The translations under genes were made by a program, and so were the position numbers. DNA of 56,644 nucleotides from an uncultured delta proteobacterium. GTDB lineage: Bacteria > Desulfobacterota > Desulfobacteria > Desulfobacterales > QNYZ01. Positions 48,536 to 56,644 of this stretch are shown here, piece after piece; positions within the stretch are counted from its first letter, which is position 1, and each line of letters starts with the position of its first letter. The notes beneath the pieces were generated by a model. The model was not told the origin of the DNA and did no database searches. It saw only the letters and a list, made by a program, of their open reading frames with translations. The stretch lies in contig CAWJQU010000018.1 of the NCBI GenBank assembly GCA_963845145.1, forward strand, positions 1 to 56,644, read 5' to 3'.

Positions 48536-49516
48536 TTATTTGGTCGCTTCCATCATTTTTACCAAAAGCGCCTGGACTTCGGGATCTTTGTAAATGTCCA
48601 TATCCTTTAATCCGGCGACTTTAGCGCGAAAGGCACCAATATCAGGATTTTCTACAACAGCCATCCCTTTTTCTTTTAACATCTGTAACCGTGCCGCATT
48701 TTTATCACGATTGTCTTTGCGCTGGTAAACGGCGGCTTCAACCATAGCCTTTTGGATCATTTCTTGTGTTTTAGGATCCAGGGTGTTCCACCATTTCAGC
48801 GAAGCAACATCGATATGATAGGAGTACACATGGCGAGAGAGCGTCATGTGTTTTTGGATTTCATAAAATTTATAAACCTCCATCACCCAGAGGGGATTTT
48901 CTTGACCGTCGATCACCCCTTGCTCCAGCTCCGTATAGATCGGCCATGGCATAGGGGTGGGGTTGGCGCCCAGCGATTGCCAGATGGCCTTATGAATCGC
49001 GGATGCCATCACACGCACTTTCAATCCTTGGATATCGTCGGGACTTTTGACGGGATGTTTGCTGTTGGTCAGATTGCGAAAGCCGTTTTCCGAAAAACAC
49101 AAACCTTTGAATCCGGAGCTCTCCAGGCTTTTTAAAATCTCTGTGCCCAATGGACCGTCAAGAATTTTATCGGCCTGCTCATTATCTCTAAACAGAAAAG
49201 GGTAATTGACCACACGGGTAATCGGATCGAAGGTGTCAAAGGGGCCGCCGGTAACAACGGCCATCTGGATCGCATTGAGCTGGACCTGCTGAAGAATCTC
49301 GGTCTCGTTGCCCAGAGAGGCCGAATGAAATATCTGAACCTTGATATCCCCATTGGAACGCTGTTCGATCAACTCTTTGAACTTTTCGGCAGCGATGTTT
49401 TGGGCACTTCCCGGTTTGGTGACAACCCCGAGTTTAATTTTCATTTCGGCAATGGCGTTACCCGCGGTGATGATCAATGCGATGGCAATGAATGGGATTA
49501 TCCGTTTTTTCAGCAT
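48536..49516 (-). CDS. dctP: TRAP substrate-binding protein
   Basis: Signal peptide, ENGFR, GLKVRV, DGQENP; AGGAGG RBS before ATG 49516. Confidence 0.95.
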   Translation of the reverse strand: MLKKRIIPFIAIALIITAGNAIAEMKIKLGVVTKPGSAQNIAAEKFKELIEQRSNGDIKVQIFHSASLGNETEILQQVQLNAIQMAVVTGGPFDTFDPITRVVNYPFLFRDNEQADKILDGPLGTEILKSLESSGFKGLCFSENGFRNLTNSKHPVKSPDDIQGLKVRVMASAIHKAIWQSLGANPTPMPWPIYTELEQGVIDGQENPLWVMEVYKFYEIQKHMTLSRHVYSYHIDVASLKWWNTLDPKTQEMIQKAMVEAAVYQRKDNRDKNAARLQMLKEKGMAVVENPDIGAFRAKVAGLKDMDIYKDPEVQALLVKMMEATK

Positions 49517-49640
49517 AACAGCCTCCTTTTTCAAAGAAATGCGATTGAGTAATTGATCATGGATGATGGGCCTGATGTACCAAATAAAATAAATATCGGT
49601 TAGCCATCCGTCAATGCACTGTTTTTTTTATTGCAGAGCG

Positions 49641-49688
49641 CTCAATATCTTGGCACGTAGTTTCGCAAAAAATCGCTCAACTTAAGTT
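49641..49688 (+). repeat. Truncated copy (right arm) of the 44403-44588 element
   Basis: 44/48 identity to 44542-44589. Confidence 0.85.
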
Positions 49689-50703
49689 AAATCCATTTGA
49701 TTTGATCCTGGCGATAACGGATCGGAAGGGTTTGGCCCGGGAAGAGGGTATGCGTCTCATTTTGTTGATGTGTTAAGCGTATGGTAAAGGGCAGATCTCC
49801 CACGAGAATCGTCGCATAAATTTGGCCGGTCTTTCTTTCCAGGCTAAGGCGGGAGACGATGCCGGTGAGAACGGTGTCTCCATGGGTCACTGTTGGGGGG
49901 TGGGTGTCTACCGGAAACATATCTATGACTGCGGCTGATGTTCGCTTCGGGGGTTTGGAGACCAGAAGCTGTTGTCCATCGGATAGTACTTTTTGCCATT
50001 GTCCAGAATCTATTGGCTCCCAGGGGCCGAAAATGATGTTTTCACGACCGGACCCGAATATGCGACCCTCAAACAGATGCAGCACTTCGTCGCAGATCTC
50101 ATGCAGCCACTGCCAGTCATGGCTGGCAATAATGAGCGTGGTCCCCATTTCCTGACGGGCGCGAAGGGTGGCGTCCTTGATGAGTTGGGCGCTACCGGCG
50201 TCTACGCTGGCGTTGGGTTCGTCTAATAGCAAAACTTCTGGCTTTAAGGCCAATCTAGCGGCCAAAGCCACGCGTTGGGTTTCGCCACCGGAGAGGGCAT
50301 ACCAGGGGCGTTTGGCATAGTCGGCATAATCCAGTCCCACCAGGGAAAGGGCCTCGCTCACCGTGCTGACGGTATCTTGCCCATTACCACGCAGCTTGAG
50401 GCCGTATGCGACATTATTGAAAACGTTGCGTTTCATCAGAAACGGTTCCTGGGGAAGCATGGTGACTAAAAACCGGGCTTCATTGGAAAAAGGTTCGACG
50501 ACTTGTCCTTTAAAAAATATCTGGCCCTGGGTGGGCCTTTCGATCATCCCCAGCAACTTCAAAAGGGTGCTTTTGCCGCTGCCATTGGGCCCAATCAGGC
50601 CAACGATAGAAGCGGGCGAAATGGCCAGATGCTCGATGGTCAAAGCCGTCTTGCCGCCGTAGGAATGGCTCAGGTCGTGGATCTCATAGATGGGTTTATC
50701 CAT
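49687..50703 (-). CDS. tupC: Tungstate ABC ATPase
   Basis: GPNGSGKS, LSGGE, LLLDEP, C-terminal TOBE-like extension; follows tupB. Confidence 0.85.
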   Translation of the reverse strand: MDKPIYEIHDLSHSYGGKTALTIEHLAISPASIVGLIGPNGSGKSTLLKLLGMIERPTQGQIFFKGQVVEPFSNEARFLVTMLPQEPFLMKRNVFNNVAYGLKLRGNGQDTVSTVSEALSLVGLDYADYAKRPWYALSGGETQRVALAARLALKPEVLLLDEPNASVDAGSAQLIKDATLRARQEMGTTLIIASHDWQWLHEICDEVLHLFEGRIFGSGRENIIFGPWEPIDSGQWQKVLSDGQQLLVSKPPKRTSAAVIDMFPVDTHPPTVTHGDTVLTGIVSRLSLERKTGQIYATILVGDLPFTIRLTHQQNETHTLFPGQTLPIRYRQDQIKWI

Positions 50704-50705
50704 TT

Positions 50706-51395
50706 TTAATCCCTACGACGTAAGAAGGAGACGGACAGGTTGACGGCAAATGCAATAAGCAAAAGAACCAGGCCGAGGGCCACGCCCATACCAAACTGTC
50801 CTTTGTTGGTTTCAAGGGCAATCGCTGTGGTAATGGTCCGGGTATGCCATTTGATATTGCCCCCGACCATCATGGAAATACCCACCTCCGTCATCACCCG
50901 GCCGTATGCGGCGATGGCGCCGGCCAAAATTCCATGCCGGCATTCCCATAAACTGCTTAAAAACAGCTGTCGCCGATTGGCACCCATGGACATAATGGCG
51001 ATGCGAAGCTTTTGGTCCATGTTTTCGATTGCCGTAGCGCTCAAGCCCACCACAATGGGCAACGCCAGGATTGTCTGGCCAATGGCGATGCCGGGTAAAG
51101 TAAAAAGTAAACCGAAATTTCCGAGCGGACCGTGGTGGGTCAAAAAGGCATAAACAAGCAGGCCGATAAAAACAGTGGGTAAGGCCATCAACGTATCAAC
51201 CACGGTCCGTAGCGATTTTTTACCGGTGAAGTCGAAATAGCCAAGACAAAAACCCAGAGGGATACCGATGATCAGGCTGAAACCGATGGAATAGCTGGAA
51301 ACCATAACCGTGGCGGAAATGGCGGAAAATGTTTCACTATTGCCGCTTAGCAATAGATGAAACGCCTGGATAAATCCTTCTGATAGAAAGTTCAT
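50706..51395 (-). CDS. tupB: Tungstate ABC permease
   Basis: GPLG...LLFT...GQTILALP; EVGISMMVGGNIKWHTRTITTAIALET. Confidence 0.92.
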   Translation of the reverse strand: MNFLSEGFIQAFHLLLSGNSETFSAISATVMVSSYSIGFSLIIGIPLGFCLGYFDFTGKKSLRTVVDTLMALPTVFIGLLVYAFLTHHGPLGNFGLLFTLPGIAIGQTILALPIVVGLSATAIENMDQKLRIAIMSMGANRRQLFLSSLWECRHGILAGAIAAYGRVMTEVGISMMVGGNIKWHTRTITTAIALETNKGQFGMGVALGLVLLLIAFAVNLSVSFLRRRD

Positions 51396-51492
51396 GATAT
51401 TCTTTTAACCGCATAAGGAGACGGTAGTGAGTTGATAGGCAGGTATTATGGTTCACCTACCGTCACCTCATCGTCGGTTAGCTGCAGGCTGA

Positions 51493-52323
51493 CTACATTT
51501 TTGCGTTTGGTGTAAATAGGGGTTTACCCAGAAGCTTAAAATCCTTGATTAGCTGCTGAGCCTCCGCGCCAGTGATCCACTCAATAAACTGTCCGGCCGT
51601 ATCATATTTCGCATTGGGACAATGTTTTTTGTCAATGGCGATTACGCTGTACTGATTGAGCAGCACGGCATCACTTCTCCACCAGGATTTTAAGCGGCGG
51701 ATTTCCTTTTAGATTGTCTTCATATTTGATATAGGTGCCCCGATCGGTCATGGTGTATCCGTTGCGTTCGGCGGCAATATTAATGGTTGCCAACATGCCC
51801 TGACCGGTCTGTACATACCAGGCCTCCTTTTCCGGAACCGGTAAGCCGGCCGCTTTCCACAGCGAAATTTCTTTTTTGTTGGTGCCGGAATTATCCCCCC
51901 GGCTGACGAAAACGGCCTGTTTGGTTTGATCTCTGCAGGGCGTCGGTGATGGATTTCCCTTTAATTCCGGCGGGTCGGCTTCCGGTCCGATGATCACAAA
52001 ATCGTTGTACATGATTTCACGCCGATCCATGCCAAAACCGACTCTCCACGAATTTTTTCTCGGCCGGGGGCGCATGAACCATCAATATGTCCACATCGCA
52101 GTTTTCGCCCAACTTGAGCGCTTTGCCGGTGCCGGTGGCCGTCCATTTCAATTCGATTCCGGTTTTCTTGATAAAATGGGGAATCAGCTCATCGAGTAAG
52201 TCCGGTGTTGTCCGTACTGGTGGTGGTGGCCATGGTCAGGGTTTTATCCTGAGCGATAGCGATTGTCGGAATGAGGTAGATAAGCATCGCTAAAACAATA
52301 AACAGTGTGTTCAATCGTTTCAT
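51493..52323 (-). CDS. tupA: Tungstate-binding protein TupA (several frameshifts)
   Basis: LTMATTTSTDNTG (TTTS signature at 52216-52227), GTGKAL, VHA, MYNDFVIIGP, SRGDNSGT, TDRGT, LLNQY. Confidence 0.88.
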
Positions 52324-53280
52324 TTTTCTTTCCTTTTAATATCTTTATTTTGTTTTATATCTTCATTTATCGTTGTCGTTGGGTAAATCACCCGACCACT
52401 TAGATCGATATCATATCCTTTCAAGGATGCGGCAATTGTATAAAGTTCCTGTTCGTGTAAAAGCCCCAGAAACTGTTGAACACCGGCTTCAAAAAACCGC
52501 TCCTTAAAAATCAGTCAGGTCATAGCGTTCCCAGCGAAGGGGTATAAAGTCGAGATTCAGCAAACCGGCCACCGCATGAATTCCGAGTCCGGCATCGGCC
52601 CGGCCGGCCAAAATCTCGAGCCCCACGTCCAGATGCCGATGTACTTCCTTTTGATACCCCTCGATTTTATCGCCCCGTATGGCAACTTTTTTTAATTCCT
52701 GATCGAGTAGCAATCGTGTCCCGGCACTGAGTGGTCGATTGACGATACGAATCCCCGATTGGGCCAGATCAGAGATGGTCCTGATGTTTTTGGGATTACC
52801 GCGAGCAACCAATATCCCCTGCTCCCGTTTGCAAAAATTGACGACCGCCGGCATGTAGTCAAGCTCCCGGCTGGCAAATTCAAAATTGTAATCCTGGCCG
52901 TTTTCGCCGAGAAGATGACTGGATGCAATGTGGCAGAGATTCTGCCGCAAAGCCTGAAGGCCCCCCATACTCCCCATATTACCGAAGACGGCAATGTTTC
53001 CGGGAAAGTGACCATTGTAATGGGAAATGACTTTATCGAGGAGCAGATCGTTGCTTCCGGTAATGATCAATACCGCCTGGGAAACAGCAGGGCTTTCTGC
53101 CGTATTGGGATAGTTGATTGTGTTGATTTCGACCCATTGCTCCACCAAATTTTTTGGAAAGAGCCATTTCCCGGTTATTTTAGACGCCGGCAGGCCCTTT
53201 TCGGAGACCAATCCGTACACCATCTTTTCATTGACGTTTAATAATCGGGCAACCTCTTTGGTGGATAAAAATTGGGTCAT
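52320..53280 (-). CDS. Excisionase-like HTH_17 plus PBP-like molybdate/tungstate-sensing regulator (TaoR-like); frameshift near 52515
   Basis: LSTKEVARLL...KITGKWLF; GSND, GSMGGL, NRPLSAGTR, ERYD. The alternative frame continues to a TGA overlapping the tupA ATG. Confidence 0.85.
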
Positions 53281-53446
53281 ACGATGATCCTTTAAATCAT
53301 TCTCCGCCGATTCATCTTTCAGGCCTTAAATCGACGCTTATCATTTTCCAACCGGATGCCTGCTTATATCGGACAGGTACCAAACCGTGTGCACTCGAAT
53401 ATTGAATCGGTAGTGCATTGTCAATCTTTTCTAAAATTATATTTTT

Positions 53447-53486
53447 AAAAATAACCAAAACTTACTAAAAATAACAAATAATGACT
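53447..53486. promoter_or_regulatory. Four phased 10-bp direct repeats upstream of the regulator-tup operon
   Basis: AAAAATAACC AAAACTTACT AAAAATAACA AATAATGACT; minus-strand TTGACA at 53419-53424. Confidence 0.6.
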
Positions 53487-53550
53487 TAAAGCTTGGTCTG
53501 GTCCAGAGCCCACGTTGTTATTATAGGGAAGCTTAAGCGCCCATTAACGA

Positions 53551-54423
53551 TTAATGATCGTATTGCTTTGCGTAAGCAGCATCGTTATACAACCCTTCAC
53601 CATACTTTTTAGTTCCGTAGCCGCGAATGATCGCCTGGCCTTCTTCGGAAACAATAAAATCGATAAACTTTGCCGCATGGGATTGCCCGGGTGTGGCCCC
53701 TTCGGGCTGACACAGAGCATGATAGGTATTAATCAGAAAAGGATCTCCACGAAATAAGATGGCCAGATTGTCGATTTCTTTTCTGGCCGCCACCCAGGTG
53801 CTGCTGTCGGTCATAAAATAACCGTTGTTTTCATTGGCCATCTTGAGGGTGGCCATCATGAATGTTTTAGAAAGTCGATACCAGTCTCCGGCGGGCTGAA
53901 CACCGGCCTGCTTCCAAATAGCCATTTCCTTTTTATGGGTACCGGAATTGTCCCCACGGGAATAGAAGGGCGTTTTGGCTCCGGCAATATTAGCGTAGGC
54001 TTGGGCGGCGGTTTTGACCCCGGCGATTTTGGCGGGATCGTCTTTGGGACCGACGATATAAAATTCATTGGAACCCAGCAGCTGTCGTTTGATGGCCCAG
54101 CCATCCTTGATCGCCTGCTTCTCCGCTGCCGGCGCATGGACCATGACCAGGTCGACCTTTTTCTCCTTTAAGAGCTTTAAGGACTTACCGGAACCAGCCT
54201 TTTGCCAGCACATCCGTGTATCGTTTGTGGCATTGAACACTACCGCCGCCGCTTTTAGCAGGGCCCAATTCACCCGGGCTTCCCGTTGCCAGGGTGAAAG
54301 TGTGGGTGCCGGTCCCATAGAGTGCCTTACAATTGTCTTTTGCTATGACGGGAAAAGGCCCAACCAGGCACAAATGAGTACCACGCAAAACCAAATCACC
54401 AACCTTTGACGCATTTTAGCCAT
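53551..54423 (-). CDS. Second TupA-like oxyanion-binding protein (frameshifts near 5' end)
   Basis: ATG 54423 with AGGAGG; ATGSPGELG, GSGKSL, MVHAP, NEFYIVGP, SRGDNSGTHKKE. Confidence 0.85.
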
Positions 54424-54906
54424 ATTTTCCTCCTTTTTGTTTGGGTTCTCTTCGCATGGACTAATTCAATCGCTTATGATACCAGACTGGGTAGATTTCA
54501 CTTTGATTACAATATTCACGAAATTCAACCCACTCTGTATTTCCGCCTGGAACCGTAGTTAGATGGCAGGCATATATGGCGACGGTTAATTTATGTCAAT
54601 ATTGATACAGTTAAATTTTGGCGGTGACGGTTTTTTCTGACTAAGCCACCAGTATTTACTATTGGCCCGCCTTCCCTAGCACGATAAAAGGGGATTGGAA
54701 GCTGCTTCGTCATCCAGGGGCCGTCAATCCATGGGTAGACCAAACACGACGGTCTGTTCCGGCGTACCTGCATAGCAAAGACAAAATAGCTCATGTCGGC
54801 AAATACCGTATACCCGCAGCCTTGACTTGGTTGGAATGGAAAGCCCAGAATCGCAGTGCGGCTTGAGAGCTGTTAGGCCAACCATCAAAGGAGTTGCATA
54901 TGGTAT

Positions 54907-55794
54907 TCACGAAGGAGTCGAGGCATTCTTCAGATGGCTCCAGTCTTGTCCAAGTTGGGTTGCGGCGTCAAGTGCGCGTATGAATCTATATCCGGGGCGG
55001 ATGTCTTCCCAGTGAGCTGGGGGGTCTCCTGGTATCGGGATACGCGGATTTAGTGTGATGTCGGCGAGCGCCAACATCACAAGTGAGGGAGGGCACAATC
55101 CAGCTGCATCAACTAGTCGTAAGAGACCAGTGTAGACAATGGGCTTTTTCAAGTGCCGCAATACTATCTTCCCAAACATATCAATATCATCCAGCTGCCC
55201 TTCGACGAACCCCATCGACCCTTCAGTAATCATCGCGAAAGCAGAGGCGGCAGCCTCCGCTATGGCAGTTGCTCCGATAGGTACCTGCAACGAGCGGCCA
55301 TCTTCGTAGAAGGGTGGCGATAGACCTCCGACAGGAAGGAATGCAAGGCGTATTCCATATTGGAAGAGTCTTTGCTTTAAGGCTTCTCGATCCGAGTGAT
55401 AGTTTCCCCATAGAGCTTGGTATAGCAAGTTCCTAGAGCGTTCCCACCTTGCTCGATGCTCGGACATAAGCTGGTTCACCTGTGCGTCTTTGCATTCTGC
55501 TGCCCACCTAATGAGGGGAAGATGTATCTCAACTGGCTTCCTGTACAAATGGGAGTAGGCTGCGATTCTGAGAGTGTATGGATATTTGCCATCTGGATCT
55601 TGCTGAGTCTCCAAAAGGTAAACCACCCGTACGCCGTCCGACTGTTCCTGGATATAGTGCATCCATTCGTGTAGGTGTGTGAGGTAAGCATCTCTGTCTG
55701 AAAGACAAGCCTGATGCTTCATGCCTTGCTCCAAGGAGCCAAAGGGAGGATCCCAGCCAAGTCTCAAGCGTGCTGTGCCTGAACCAGCCCGCAC
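54907..55794 (-). CDS. Hypothetical HEXXH zinc-metalloprotease-like protein; both ends uncertain
   Basis: THLHEWMHYIQ (HEWMH at 55657-55671) and downstream AIAEAAA; other frames appear to extend it toward ~54650. Confidence 0.55.
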   Translation of the reverse strand: MRAGSGTARLRLGWDPPFGSLEQGMKHQACLSDRDAYLTHLHEWMHYIQEQSDGVRVVYLLETQQDPDGKYPYTLRIAAYSHLYRKPVEIHLPLIRWAAECKDAQVNQLMSEHRARWERSRNLLYQALWGNYHSDREALKQRLFQYGIRLAFLPVGGLSPPFYEDGRSLQVPIGATAIAEAAASAFAMITEGSMGFVEGQLDDIDMFGKIVLRHLKKPIVYTGLLRLVDAAGLCPPSLVMLALADITLNPRIPIPGDPPAHWEDIRPGYRFIRALDAATQLGQDWSHLKNASTPS

Positions 55795-56644
55795 ACATAG
55801 ATTCGTATAGACTTAGCACTGTTCTACTCACTCCCATCTGGTGTTGGCCGTCGTCACCATGTGTCCGTAAGAAGCATGTGCCCCCAAGGGCTGAATTTGT
55901 GTGAATGGGCAGTGCATGCGCTCACCTCAATAGTGTGCAGATTGAGGGGAATTCCAGGGGCCCATTAGCCGCCAGGCAAGGTGCTTCTCCTGCTGGCGGG
56001 AAACCTCATCTGCAAGGCATATCATTCTTTCCTTGGCCACCTTGAGGAACATCTCCCGCCCTGTTCCCAATCTCTCATAGCATGTTATTATGATAATCGC
56101 TCTCGCACAGCCGATGAAGTCGCCATGTAAAACACAACTGCAAGTCTGCAATCCCATCAGCTTTCCGATTATGTGCGACCTGATCATGTAGGTCTAGGAC
56201 CCTCTGCCAAAACTGATCGCCGTGCTTGTCGATATCTCTGCCCAGTCGCACCCTCGATTACTCCGAAAAAACTAGCACCAGCCCTCCGCGCCATCGCGTT
56301 GCTTCTGTCGGATCGAGCTCTAGCTCTGGCTTACCGTTTTCCCCCGAGGTATTCAGGACGAAGCAGCCCTCGAAGCCTCAGCCAGGGAATCCTACCGGCA
56401 TTGGGCTTCCCATCAAAAGACACTCAGAGTTCAGCGCAAGGACAGAGAAAGTCCCTTGCCTGCTGTAACTCAGAGGCATTCAAGACTACATTTGTAGCAA
56501 GGTGTCCGTTTCGTTTTCTTCTTGGCATCTGCACTATCCTCCTGTTTCCTGATGCTGAACTGGGATGAGTACCGCCTGCTTGCCTTGTTTTCGCTGCTCA
56601 CACAACTATCGGATGCTCGCCGTAGAATATTAACCCTGTATGCC

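Noticed and set aside
54860..54900. Integron attC site (GCCTAAC on the minus strand after the ORF stop)
   Set aside because: No complementary GTTRRRY arm or hairpin found; the sequence reads as a frameshifted coding continuation (GWPNS).
56173..56568. Plus-strand ORFs at the right end
   Set aside because: RBS signals and neighbours indicate minus-strand coding, and the translations look non-protein-like.

Overview
Chromosomal segment, most likely from an anaerobic Desulfobacterales-like deltaproteobacterium (inferred from gene content). Left to right it holds: an Opp peptide ABC operon with a second family-5 binding protein and a Usp; a decayed IS200-type element; a glcD-like/lutABC hydroxy-acid oxidation operon, divergent from a signal-less reductive dehalogenase (RdhA-like) that is followed by a Liv-type ABC importer, RidA and a cupin; a two-kinase/one-regulator module; an aryl/acyl-CoA catabolic cluster (SDR, SCP2-type thiolase+DUF35, Dch-like hydratase, HAD-ECH fusion, isochorismatase, iorAB, paaK) whose two promoters share an operator-like motif; an orphan three-gene operon (Tat lipoprotein beta-propeller, beta-rich protein, HEAT protein); flagellum-linked genes (PilZ, FlhB-C, FliK-like, HDOD, and a pentapeptide-repeat K+ channel behind a consensus sigma28 promoter); a TRAP transporter; a tungstate Tup system with a TaoR-like regulator and a variant TupA paralog; and about 2 kb of compositionally foreign DNA at the right end. 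Frameshifts cluster at both ends of the window and probably reflect long-read errors. No rRNA, tRNA or CRISPR array was seen. All calls come from reading the sequence by eye; no database searches were run.
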